Positions 1 to 8,550 of a DNA stretch of 47,039 bases are shown piece by piece. Below the pieces are notes generated by a model. That model did not search any database. It was not told the DNA's origin and saw nothing but the letters and a program-made list of their open reading frames with translations. Origin of the DNA: Bdellovibrionota bacterium (GTDB lineage: Bacteria > Bdellovibrionota_C > UBA2361 > OMII01). Each line of letters begins with the position of its first letter. The stretch's first letter is position 1. A program made the translations under genes and the position numbers. The stretch covers positions 1 to 47,039 of the forward strand of contig JBIJBE010000027.1 in the NCBI GenBank assembly GCA_044345405.1. The letters are read 5' to 3'.

Positions 1-2
1 CC

Positions 3-137
3 TTCAGGCAGAGCCTCGACCCTCCTCGAGAGAGTTATCGAAAAGCTAAGGAGGGGCTCCGTGTCGAGTGGCCCCCGGGGACCTTTACTCCTTGGTTTCC
101 TCCTGGATTTACTTTTCCTTTGCCCGTTACCACGTAA
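3..137 (+). mobile_element. 3' end of a CDS cut by the window edge; possible C-terminus of a Y1/RAYT-like (IS200-family HUH) transposase
   Basis: Frame +3 reads FRQSLDPPRESYRKAKEGLRVEWPPGTFTPWFPPGFTFPLPVTT* (TAA 135-137). The YR.A...V.(W/F)PPGTF.PW.P tail resembles, from memory, C-termini of long RAYT-like transposases. No catalytic motifs are visible. Confidence 0.4.
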
Positions 138-360
138 CGGAGGACACCATCATGTCCATTCTCCTACCTTAGTAGAAACGCCCGTCAAAACTTCACCTTA
201 CACTGCGCCCCTGGTCGCGGCATGTGGCTAGGGCTGCTTCAGAAAGCCCTCTTTAACAGAGCCAAATAGTCGTGCCGCGGAGAATATCTCCCAAGTGCTT
301 ATGTGTCTCAGTCCTGGAGACCACGATTCGAGCAAAAGTAGAGTGTTCCAGTGAATGGGG

Positions 361-471
361 GGATACCTCTATCCAGGCGCTCCGGTCGCACCGAAAGCTC
401 TGGACGTAGGACGTTCGCTTGTCGCCGAACTCCTGTTCACCTTCGCATTAGTGTATGTCGTCTTAAACGTA
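361..471 (+). pseudogene. Internal fragment of an aquaporin (MIP) gene
   Basis: [37 protein letters not shown] aligns with [37 protein letters not shown] of the intact aquaporin at 23785-24414, with many synonymous differences. Both NPA motifs are missing. Confidence 0.8.
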
Positions 472-506
472 ATGATTACGAATTTTTTCATGCCTGAAAC
501 GAAGAT
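470..506 (-). pseudogene. Truncated start of the next integron cassette (MKKFVII..., signal-peptide-like)
   Basis: ATG at 491 lies 15 nt after the attC core GTT (509-507). The frame runs into the antisense strand of the aquaporin fragment after about 7 codons. Confidence 0.45.
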
Positions 507-557
507 AACCTTTAAGTGTGCCGCAGCGAAGCAGTCGGCACCACATTCTTGTTAGCT
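503..557 (-). mobile_element. Integron attC recombination site (55 bp)
   Basis: The minus strand reads AGCTAAC-AAGAATGTG-GTGCCG-ACTGCTTCGCTG-CGGCAC-ACTTAAAG-GTTATCT: inverse core TAAC, imperfect central palindrome, core GTTA. The stop codon of the upstream gene lies inside the inverse core. Confidence 0.8.
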
Positions 558-1430
558 TTCTCCGCTGATTAACTGTACGTTTTCGAAGTTGCCCTTTGCT
601 ATATCCGCTTCATGGATCCAATAAAATAGCCGTCGCCCAAGCAGTCTCTTTAAAGGTGAGTCCTGAGGCTGATGCGCGTCAAACGGATCGAACAGGGCGA
701 GTATTCTCCAACCGCCGCTTCGCTCCTTGTGCTCATCGGGCACCCGTTGATTCGATGGTAACCCTCTAAATCTCCTTTCGCATTCCTCCTTTGCAAACTC
801 ATCTCCTCCTCCGATATCGGAAAGCAAACCACCAAGGAATCGACTGTGTTGATAAATCAAGCCACTGTTGATATCTGTATCGAGTTCATACTCAAAATCT
901 TCAAACGTGTACTTCTCATCATCGGATAAGGGCAGTTTTTGAAACCAAGCCGAGTCTTGTCTTGGGGCGACCCAGTCCTCATTACGCAATATCTGCATGC
1001 GCATTGCTACTGGTACGTCCATAGCTGGCAACATGTCGTGAAGAGGGAGTTCCTGCATATCGTTCGTGGTTGCAGTGAATAAGACCTTTGCCTTCTCGAC
1101 ATAATCTTTCTTCGTTTCGAAGCAGGCAAAAAAACTAAGGAGGCCCTCTACTGGAAAGGACCTCCATGACCCTGTTCCTGAGATTTCTGTCAGATTGATT
1201 TGAGCGATAAATACGTAGGGGGAACCATCGGCCTCTTCTGGCCAGCGGGCTCCTGTTGGCGCATCGGGATAGCCGCCAAACTTTGAGCAGGCTGTGGGAC
1301 AAGGCAGTTCCTGGTTCGGAATCAACGGAAAAGATGTGCCGATGGAACGCATCATCGGCTCAATCGCCTGGATGACATTCTCAGAGACGCCAAATTCTCT
1401 CGCCTTGCTCAAATAATCTTCTTTTTGCAT
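552..1430 (-). CDS. DUF1963 / YwqG-family protein carried as an integron gene cassette
   Basis: Motifs SKFGGYPDAP..WP...PYVFIAQINL.E, GLLSFF and FYWIHEADI..GNFENV. Start placed at ATG 1430, about 20 nt after the GTTAGCT core site. Visibly more AT-rich than flanking genes. Confidence 0.8.
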   Translation of the reverse strand: MQKEDYLSKAREFGVSENVIQAIEPMMRSIGTSFPLIPNQELPCPTACSKFGGYPDAPTGARWPEEADGSPYVFIAQINLTEISGTGSWRSFPVEGLLSFFACFETKKDYVEKAKVLFTATTNDMQELPLHDMLPAMDVPVAMRMQILRNEDWVAPRQDSAWFQKLPLSDDEKYTFEDFEYELDTDINSGLIYQHSRFLGGLLSDIGGGDEFAKEECERRFRGLPSNQRVPDEHKERSGGWRILALFDPFDAHQPQDSPLKRLLGRRLFYWIHEADIAKGNFENVQLISGES

Positions 1431-1444
1431 TTGGACGCGCTCAA

Positions 1445-1474
1445 GAAAGCTAACATAGCATTGTGCCGATCCGC
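1445..1474 (-). mobile_element. attI-like site / 5' cassette boundary
   Basis: The minus strand reads GCGGATCGGCACAATGCTAT-GTTAGCTTTC. GTTAGCTTTC is the exact 10-nt complement of GAAAGCTAAC at the cassette end (551-560). No complete attC hairpin precedes this GTT. Confidence 0.55.
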
Positions 1475-1598
1475 CCATCTAAGACGTTCGACCCACCTCT
1501 ACTAAGGTATCACCCCACTGTCTCCCGCCTCAACGTATAAGATTGGTCAGCGATATCAGCAGATAAGAGGCAAAGACCACCCGACCGAGCACCTGTGT

Positions 1599-1653
1599 AT
1601 CTACACCAAGTAGGTGTAGATGTGCCGATCCGCACAACTACGATCCGTTATGC
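1599..1653. repeat. Overlapping palindromes containing a 13-bp direct repeat of the attI-like site
   Basis: TGTGCCGATCCGC occurs at 1462-1474 and 1621-1633. Hairpin ATCTACACC-aagta-GGTGTAGAT at 1599-1621. GTTATGC at 1647-1653. Confidence 0.6.
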
Positions 1654-1666
1654 TGTGATTGCACTG

Positions 1667-3151
1667 TTATGCGAAGCGCCAGCTCGAACCCGCCTTTGAA
1701 TCGAGGACTTCTACTCCTCGCGCCGCGAGGTCTTTTCGGATCTCATCCGACCGCGCGAAGTTCTTGGCAGCACGCGCCTCGACTCGCTCGGCGAGGAGGT
1801 TCCGCGCCTCTGCTGGGGTACATGGGGAGGTCTTCAAGATGTGCGCGAGAATCTTCAGTCCTTGAGTCTCAATCACATCGAGGCTTTCAAAGAAGATACC
1901 GATGATGGCTCCCAACTCTCGCAGCACGCCCACTCGATGCTCGATCTCTGGGGTCGGTGTACCAGCGACATCGAGCGCCTGCGCTATCTTGGCGCGGAAC
2001 TGCTCTAGAGCTACGAGCGCCTCAGGGGAGTTGAAATCGTTATCCATCGCGGTCTCGAACGCATTCATCACGGCGACGGTCTCCGCGTCGTTCAGCATCG
2101 ATTCACTCACTCGCGCGTTCGGCACGCGAGCGAAGAGTCGATGAAAATCGAGGAGGGAGTTCAGATTGTCACGGAAGAGCTTATCTGAGAGGTCGACCCC
2201 GGAGCGGTAGTGGTGGCGAGCGATCACGAATTTGAGCGGCTCGGTACCATAGGTCTCAAGCGCGTCGATCAGGCGCACGAAGTTATTCAGAGACTTCGAC
2301 ATCTTCTGCCCGTTGATGTTCAACAAGCCTGAGTGCATCCACACGTCACTGAATGAACCGCCGGTATAGGCCTCGGATTGCGCGATCTCGTTCTCGTGGT
2401 GCGGGAACTTAAGATCCAATCCACCACCGTGAATATCGATGTGATCACCCAGGGTCTCGTGAATCATCACCGAGCACTCGATATGCCATCCTGGACGACC
2501 GATTCCCCACGGAGAAGGCTGCGCGAGAGAGGTGCTTTGGTCAGCTTTCCAGAGCGCGAAATCAAGTGGAGATTTTTTTTGTTTGTCGAGCTCCTTGCGG
2601 ACGCTCTCATACAACATCGCTGTGTTTTGATTTGAGAGTTTGCCGTAATCATCCTTCTTCGCGACATCGAAGTAGACGCTTCCGTCGTCCGTCACGTACG
2701 CGAAGCCCTTTTGGATAAGCTGTTGGATGAAGGTGATAATCTCTGGCACACACTCCGTTACCTTAACCAGCCTATCAACCGGAAGAACGTTGAACTTCTT
2801 CATGCAGTCGTAGAACTCATCGGTAAACTGACGGGTCATCACCATCGGGTCGATAGAGAGCTCCTTCTCCTTATTGATGATCTTGTCATCGATATCGGTA
2901 ACGTTCTGCACGAAATTGACGTCGAGACGGCGGTAGGAGAGGTAGCGACGAATCATGTCGAAACGAAACGCCATCAAGCCATGACCCATGTGCGAGTGAT
3001 CCTGCGGGGTGAGTCCACAGACGTACATCTTCACCTTGGGAGACACGGGGCTCTTGTCGATCGGCTCAAAGGCCTTCCTCTCACCACCGAGGGTGTTGTA
3101 GATGGTTATCTTTCGGGCACTGGCGCGGTATTCGTTCTGGCTACGTAACAT
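1667..3151 (-). CDS. cysS: Cysteine--tRNA ligase
   Basis: MYVCG, HMGH (HIGH-like), NVTDIDDKII, DFALWK, GRPGWHIECS, DIHGGGLDLKFPHHENEIAQ, KMSKS and a C-terminal anticodon-binding domain. Confidence 0.96.
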   Translation of the reverse strand: MLRSQNEYRASARKITIYNTLGGERKAFEPIDKSPVSPKVKMYVCGLTPQDHSHMGHGLMAFRFDMIRRYLSYRRLDVNFVQNVTDIDDKIINKEKELSIDPMVMTRQFTDEFYDCMKKFNVLPVDRLVKVTECVPEIITFIQQLIQKGFAYVTDDGSVYFDVAKKDDYGKLSNQNTAMLYESVRKELDKQKKSPLDFALWKADQSTSLAQPSPWGIGRPGWHIECSVMIHETLGDHIDIHGGGLDLKFPHHENEIAQSEAYTGGSFSDVWMHSGLLNINGQKMSKSLNNFVRLIDALETYGTEPLKFVIARHHYRSGVDLSDKLFRDNLNSLLDFHRLFARVPNARVSESMLNDAETVAVMNAFETAMDNDFNSPEALVALEQFRAKIAQALDVAGTPTPEIEHRVGVLRELGAIIGIFFESLDVIETQGLKILAHILKTSPCTPAEARNLLAERVEARAAKNFARSDEIRKDLAARGVEVLDSKAGSSWRFA

Positions 3152-3317
3152 GCAGGGTAACTCGTCTCATATCTGCCCCTTACGGATGAAGGGGGTACGC
3201 CTTTCATCGTACGCTACCTGAGCGATAAATTAAACCCTTGAGAAAGTGACCAAGGGGCTAAAATCAGAGTACAATTCGGCTGGTGCGGAACCCTCTTTGT
3301 AGGGGAAAATCGCTTCC

Positions 3318-4862
3318 ATGCTTACAACCGAGAAGTTTGAACAGGTATGCGATAAGGCGAAGGAGCTCCTAACCTCGCCCCGATTCATCTTGTGGTCCGT
3401 TCCCCTTATCATCGTATGGAGGCTCCTCACCGCATCACCCGCGGACCCCGATCTCTTCGCGCGGGTCGCCATGGGTCGCCTCGCGCTCTCCCTCAACTAT
3501 GTTCCCCTTACGGATCCATTCGCCTTTACACCGACCCTTCCGACCTGGGTGGATCATGAATGGCTCTCAGGTGTCGTCTTTTACCTTACGGCAACGTTAC
3601 TCGGAGACGCGGGACTCATCCTTCTTAAAATACTTCTCGCCTCGACAGCGACACTCTGCGTCATCCTCGCCTCAAGGCGATACACCCCTGAGCTTCCATC
3701 GCGATTCATCTGGATCTCCTTGTGCGTCCTTCACGCGGCCGCCGCGTGGACCAGCACCGTGCGATGTCAGGCCTTCACCTACCTCTTCATTCCGATGCTC
3801 TACTGGGCGATTATCGAATATCGAAAGGAGCGAAACATCTTCGCGCTCGCCCTTACTCCGCTCTTGGCGATCGCGTGGGTTAATATGCACGGCGGATACG
3901 CACTCGGGTGTGTCGTGATAGCAATCCTTATCGGCTCTGAGATCCTAGAGCGACGGTGCTCCCGTGCGCTGCTTCTTATCGCCTTCGGATGGGCACTCGC
4001 GCCTTTGTTTACACCATATGGATGGTGGGGATTCGTAAAGTTCCTCGTTGCCTCACTCGGAATGGAGCGCCCCGGTATCATAGAGTGGTTCCCCCTCTAC
4101 ACGGACGGGGCCTCATTCGCGCTCACGATCCTCTTTTGCGTTCCCCTTATTGCCGGGTTGCTCATAGGAAGAAAGGTCTACGATCTATTCGGCCTCGCGG
4201 CGCTCGTGTTTTCTGGCTACTGCGCCTTTCGACACACCCGATTCCTTCCCTTCTTCATGATCACAGCGGCGATCTTTGGGGCGCCCTATGTTGAGCTCGC
4301 CCTTGAGCGAGCGAGATCAGTTCGACCGCACCTTGCCACTGCGGCGATCCGGTGCGGCGCTCTCGTGTGTGGCGGATGTATCGTGTTAGGGGCGCTTCAT
4401 CTGCTCGTACTCGTGTTCTCGCCGAGCACCTACCGCATGAACTATAAGGACTTTCCGATAGGAGCTGTCGAGTGGCTTCGAGCTCAGCAAACAAAAGGCC
4501 AGCTCTTAGTTGATTTTAATGTGGGGAGCTACGCGTTGTGGCGACTCTATCCGAACATGAAGATCTCAACGGATGGCAGATACGAAGAGTGCTACCCTGA
4601 AACGACCGTTCGGGACAACGCGCTTGCCTTTCGGCCCGACCTTGAGGTCGGACGGGCGGCTCTTGAACGTATCGATCCTACACACATCCTTCTTCCTACG
4701 ACCCACCGAATTCAGAACCCAGAGGCAGCCTTCGGTGATGGATGGCGAGTTGTGTACAGAGACCCGCAAGGGGTGATCCTGGCGCACGGCTCGAGCAGTG
4801 ATACCACGTCAACCACGGAGACAGCACAGGTTCCTCGGGATATGTGGGGGGCGGGGTTTTAG
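3318..4862 (+). CDS. Polytopic membrane protein, probable GT-C fold glycosyltransferase
   Basis: DPDLFARVAMG, DPFAFT...WVDHEWLS, WVNMHGGY, about 11-12 hydrophobic segments and a periplasmic tail with DGRYE. Confidence 0.65.
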   Translation: MLTTEKFEQVCDKAKELLTSPRFILWSVPLIIVWRLLTASPADPDLFARVAMGRLALSLNYVPLTDPFAFTPTLPTWVDHEWLSGVVFYLTATLLGDAGLILLKILLASTATLCVILASRRYTPELPSRFIWISLCVLHAAAAWTSTVRCQAFTYLFIPMLYWAIIEYRKERNIFALALTPLLAIAWVNMHGGYALGCVVIAILIGSEILERRCSRALLLIAFGWALAPLFTPYGWWGFVKFLVASLGMERPGIIEWFPLYTDGASFALTILFCVPLIAGLLIGRKVYDLFGLAALVFSGYCAFRHTRFLPFFMITAAIFGAPYVELALERARSVRPHLATAAIRCGALVCGGCIVLGALHLLVLVFSPSTYRMNYKDFPIGAVEWLRAQQTKGQLLVDFNVGSYALWRLYPNMKISTDGRYEECYPETTVRDNALAFRPDLEVGRAALERIDPTHILLPTTHRIQNPEAAFGDGWRVVYRDPQGVILAHGSSSDTTSTTETAQVPRDMWGAGF

Positions 4863-4921
4863 GGGGCGCAAACGTTTCCTGATAGGGATCGGCCAAGTTC
4901 GTTTCCCATGCGAAATATTTC

Positions 4922-5058
4922 GGCGACCAGGAATGGTCGCCCTCCGTTTGTGCGGGCCGTGACATCGGAGGGCGCGCATTCCTGCGCGCCATGTGTGCGT
5001 TCTGCGATGGTCGTTTGCGATTCGCACTATTCTGGCGACCGGGGACGATAGCCCTCCC
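4922..5058. repeat. REP-like palindrome cluster (three units, including an inverted doublet)
   Basis: GGCGACCAGGAATGGTCGCCCTCC at 4922-4945; reverse unit GGAGGGCGCGCATTCCTGCGCGCC at 4967-4990; GGCGACCGGGGACGATAGCCCTCCC at 5034-5058. Lies between convergent genes. Confidence 0.85.
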
Positions 5059-5092
5059 GTTGTGCCGATCCGTCATGTAAGGCAAATCGCCC

Positions 5093-6946
5093 TTACTTCT
5101 CGTATACCGCAATCCGCTCGTTGAACCCTTTCTCCTTCTCCTCGAGCTCACCGGAGGTCGACTCCCACGATTGGACCATCTTCTCCAACTCGGTTTTTAC
5201 AGAGGCGAGCGCTTGGGCGGCCTGTGAAATGCCAACACCATCACTCTTTGAGGAGAGCTTGGCGAGTTTATCCTGATGCGCGGTCACATCTTGTTCAAGT
5301 TGTCCGATGCGCTTTTCAAGACGGGTAACCTCATCCTTGAGAGGTGTAAGCACTCGCGAGCGCTCTTGCAGAAGCTCGGCCTTCTCACGTTTGAAATCTC
5401 GCTCACTCCCGGATGATGGCTTCGATGATTTGTTCGAAGACTTCTTCGGACCGGTATCTTCCTCTTCCCACCCGATACTATCGAGGAACTCGTCGTATGT
5501 TCCCTCGAATACGAACGGAGCGTCACCTTGGAACACGATAAGTCGGTTCGCGGTGCGGCGAAGCATATCCTCGCTGTGGGTTACGATAATGACAGCGCCT
5601 TCAAATGTCTCAAGCGCGTCGGTCATCGCCATCACGGACTCAACGTCCAAGTGGTTCGTAGGCTCGTCGAGAAGAAGGACGTTACTTGGGGACGCCAAAA
5701 TCTTGCCGAGCAGAACTCGACTTCGCTCTCCTCCGGAGAGGACCGAGATCTTTTTGAGCGCATCGTCACCTTCGAACATCATGCACCCGCAGATCGCTCG
5801 AACCGCCGTGCGGCTCAGCAACTGGTTCACCTGCTGAATCTCATTCTCGATGGTGTTCGAGAGGTTTAAGCGATTGGTGTTCGTCTGCGCGAAGAACGAG
5901 AGCTTTGTGTTCGGACTTACCGCGATCTCACCTGAAAGCGGCTTAAGCTCATCAGCGAGCAATTTAAGGAGGGTCGACTTTCCGCGGCCGTTCTTTCCGA
6001 TTACACCGATACGGTCGTCCTTCTTTAAACTAAAGCTGAGGTCGCTCACTAACGGGTGGGCCGAATTGGGATACCCGAAAGAGATGTTTTTTACCTCAAT
6101 TGGAAACCGTCCTGGGAACGGAGAGTGAACGAACTCGAAATCGAGGGTGGCTTCGCTCGTAAGCTCATCGAGCTTCTCGATCTTGGCGAGCTGCTTCACA
6201 CGAGACTGCACGACGGTCGCCTTACTCGCTTTCGCCTTGAAGCGATTAATAAAGGACTCCATACGCTTAATCTCTTTCTCTCGATTAAGCCGAGTGCGCT
6301 CGTACAACTCTTCATCCTCAGAGATACGACTAAAGAGCTTCTCGGAATCGCCCTGAATCTTGCGGATACCGGAACGATAGATGAGCGCGCTGTGCGTACT
6401 CACCTCATCACAGAAGGAGCGGTCATGGGAGATAACGATAATCTCTCCTTCCCACGTACAGAGGAACCGCTCAAGCCAGCGCATCGACACGATGTCGAGG
6501 TAGTTCGTCGGCTCGTCAAGAAGGAGCATGTTCGGCTCAGAGAGGATCAACTTCGCGAGGTTAATTCGGATCTGAAAACCTCCCGAGAGGGAGGTCGGAG
6601 ATACGAAGAGCTCGTCATCGGTAAAACCGAGTCCGTTGAGAACGATCTGCGCCTTGTACCCTTCAGCTACGGGATCTCCGGTAAGCGCTGAGCACGCCTC
6701 CTCATATACCGTTGGATGGGAGAACGAGAGGTGCTGCTTGAGGTACCCGATTCGGTAACCACGAGGGGTACTGACATCGCCCTTATCTGGTGTCTCCTCC
6801 CCAGCGATGATCTTAAGAAGGGTGGACTTGCCACTTCCGTTACGACCGAAGAGCGCGACGCGCTCTCCCGAGTTGACGGTCAAGGTGGCGCCCGTGAACA
6901 ACTCACGCTCACCGAAATGCTTCTCTAAATTGCTGATCTGTAACAT
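5093..6946 (-). CDS. ABC-F family ATP-binding protein (YheS/Uup-like) with C-terminal coiled coil
   Basis: Two ABC domains (GRNGSGKST/LSGG/LLLDEPTN and GKNGRGKST/LSGGE/LLLDEPTNHLD) and no TM segments. Start set at ATG 6946 (MLQISNL). Confidence 0.92.
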   Translation of the reverse strand: MLQISNLEKHFGERELFTGATLTVNSGERVALFGRNGSGKSTLLKIIAGEETPDKGDVSTPRGYRIGYLKQHLSFSHPTVYEEACSALTGDPVAEGYKAQIVLNGLGFTDDELFVSPTSLSGGFQIRINLAKLILSEPNMLLLDEPTNYLDIVSMRWLERFLCTWEGEIIVISHDRSFCDEVSTHSALIYRSGIRKIQGDSEKLFSRISEDEELYERTRLNREKEIKRMESFINRFKAKASKATVVQSRVKQLAKIEKLDELTSEATLDFEFVHSPFPGRFPIEVKNISFGYPNSAHPLVSDLSFSLKKDDRIGVIGKNGRGKSTLLKLLADELKPLSGEIAVSPNTKLSFFAQTNTNRLNLSNTIENEIQQVNQLLSRTAVRAICGCMMFEGDDALKKISVLSGGERSRVLLGKILASPSNVLLLDEPTNHLDVESVMAMTDALETFEGAVIIVTHSEDMLRRTANRLIVFQGDAPFVFEGTYDEFLDSIGWEEEDTGPKKSSNKSSKPSSGSERDFKREKAELLQERSRVLTPLKDEVTRLEKRIGQLEQDVTAHQDKLAKLSSKSDGVGISQAAQALASVKTELEKMVQSWESTSGELEEKEKGFNERIAVYEK

Positions 6947-7145
6947 GGTGCCGGACCATACCACGTTTTGGAGGGGAGAAGAAAATCCCACCTTTTCTTC
7001 TTTTTGGAGAGTTCTCTCGACATCCGCTCAGCCCCCACTCGCCCCCTCCTCGGAGGCGCTTGTCGCTTTAAAACCGCCTTTTTCTAAAGAGCTTTTGAAG
7101 CCTTACCCCGTCCCTCTCTCCATGCTAGAAAGTCCCCTACCAGCC

Positions 7146-8534
7146 ATGAGCACCTACACACGAGCCCTCCATATCTTTCGAAGAGACCTTCGAGTTCAGG
7201 ACAACACCGCCCTTAACGCCGCCCTCGCCGCTTCTGAGGAGGTTGTAACGTGCTTCATCTTTAACGACGCCCAGGTAGGCGCCCATAAGCACCGATCAAC
7301 GAACGGCCTCTGCTTCATGATTGAGAGCCTTGAGGAATTGGCTGAGGAGATCTCAACACACGGAGGGAAGCTCTTCTTCTTTCATGGCGATCACGCAGCG
7401 GTTGTTGAACAAGCTATCGAAGAGATGAAGATCGACGCGGTGTACTTCAACAAGGACTACACCCCGTTCAGCCGCAAACGGGATGAGGCGATCCAGCAGG
7501 CCTGTGCTCGACACGGAGTGCCCTGTCATCAGTTTTCAGACGCCCTACTGAAAGAGCCCAGCGCGTTCGGCAAAGACGACGGGCGCCCGTACACCGTCTA
7601 CACACCCTTTTTCAAACGAGCCTCGAAGGACCCCGTAGAGGCCACTGCGAAACTCGCCAAGGGAACATTCGCGAAGCCCCGCGCCTCGCTCAAGACAGTA
7701 GCGTGCCGTGATTTTTGGCCCGAGGAATCCGCTCCTGAGCGAGTAAGTAAAGGTGGACGATCTCTCGCGCTCTCGATCCTCAAAGGAATCAAGAGCTACA
7801 TAAACTACGAGGAGGAACGAAACCTTCCCGCACTCAAGGCAACAACGCTCCTCGCGTCACACAATAAATTCGGCACCGTCTCGATCCGAGAGGTTTACCA
7901 CACTATCGCCGACGCATTTGGGGCCGGGCACACCCTTATTCGAGAGCTCTACTGGCGCGATTTCTTCACGCATATCGCGTGGCACTTCCCGCACGTTTTC
8001 GGTCATGCCTTCTATCGCCACTACGACGCTCTGGAATGGAGCAAAGATATGAAGCTCTTTAACGCGTGGTGCGAGGGGCGAACCGGATTCCCCATAGTTG
8101 ACGCAGGCATGAGAGAGCTTGTGACGACCGGCTTTATGCACAATCGTGTACGGATGATCGTAGCCTCTTTCTTGGTGAAAGATCTCCATTTGAGCTGGAG
8201 ATGGGGAGAAGCCTTCTTCGCTCGTCATCTCACCGACTACGATCCAGCGGTCAATAACGGCAGCTGGCAGTGGGCCGCCTCAACGGGATGCGACGCGCAA
8301 CCGTATTTTCGAATCTTTAATCCGTGGCTCCAGCAGAAGCGATTCGATCCCGAGTGCATCTACATCAAGCGTTGGATCCCTGAGCTCAAGAACATGACAC
8401 CCAAGGCGATTCATGTGTTGAACGATCCGGAGAGCGCCCGGCCTGAGCGGTACCCCGCGCCGATCATCGACCACTCGATGCAAAAGATAACCGCCGAGGA
8501 GATGTTCAAGGCGTGTCAGCCAGCTAAGAAGTAG
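7146..8534 (+). CDS. phr: Deoxyribodipyrimidine (CPD) photolyase
   Basis: FRRDLRVQDN, YTVYTPF, RELYWRDF, GRTGFPIVDAGMREL..TGFMHNRVRMIVASFL, WQWAAS, PYFRIFNP. Start set at ATG 7146. Confidence 0.93.
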   Translation: MSTYTRALHIFRRDLRVQDNTALNAALAASEEVVTCFIFNDAQVGAHKHRSTNGLCFMIESLEELAEEISTHGGKLFFFHGDHAAVVEQAIEEMKIDAVYFNKDYTPFSRKRDEAIQQACARHGVPCHQFSDALLKEPSAFGKDDGRPYTVYTPFFKRASKDPVEATAKLAKGTFAKPRASLKTVACRDFWPEESAPERVSKGGRSLALSILKGIKSYINYEEERNLPALKATTLLASHNKFGTVSIREVYHTIADAFGAGHTLIRELYWRDFFTHIAWHFPHVFGHAFYRHYDALEWSKDMKLFNAWCEGRTGFPIVDAGMRELVTTGFMHNRVRMIVASFLVKDLHLSWRWGEAFFARHLTDYDPAVNNGSWQWAASTGCDAQPYFRIFNPWLQQKRFDPECIYIKRWIPELKNMTPKAIHVLNDPESARPERYPAPIIDHSMQKITAEEMFKACQPAKK

Positions 8535-8550
8535 CGCCCCAAAAATTAGT

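Noticed and set aside
552-1430. Functional link between the YwqG-like cassette and the YwqJ-like deaminase candidate
   Set aside because: They are about 40 kb apart in unrelated contexts, with no sequence evidence of linkage.
1497-1621. TCTACTAAG and ATCTACACC...GGTGTAGAT resemble Cas12a repeat stems
   Set aside because: There is no regularly spaced repeat-spacer array and no cas gene. It is better explained as part of the attI-like region.
1667-3151. CGLTPQDHSHMGH resembles the MshC motif
   Set aside because: The full anticodon-binding C-terminal domain and all CysRS Zn ligands are present, so it is called cysS.
5061-5072. Third copy of TGTGCCGATCCG beside a REP
   Set aside because: It is only 12 bp with no adjacent GTT core site, so it cannot be assigned as an att site.
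6807-7145. Long N-terminal extensions in the ORF track (phr; also plsC, aquaporin, srkA, anmK)
   Set aside because: They overlap neighbouring genes or precede the homologous N-terminus. Downstream starts fit better.
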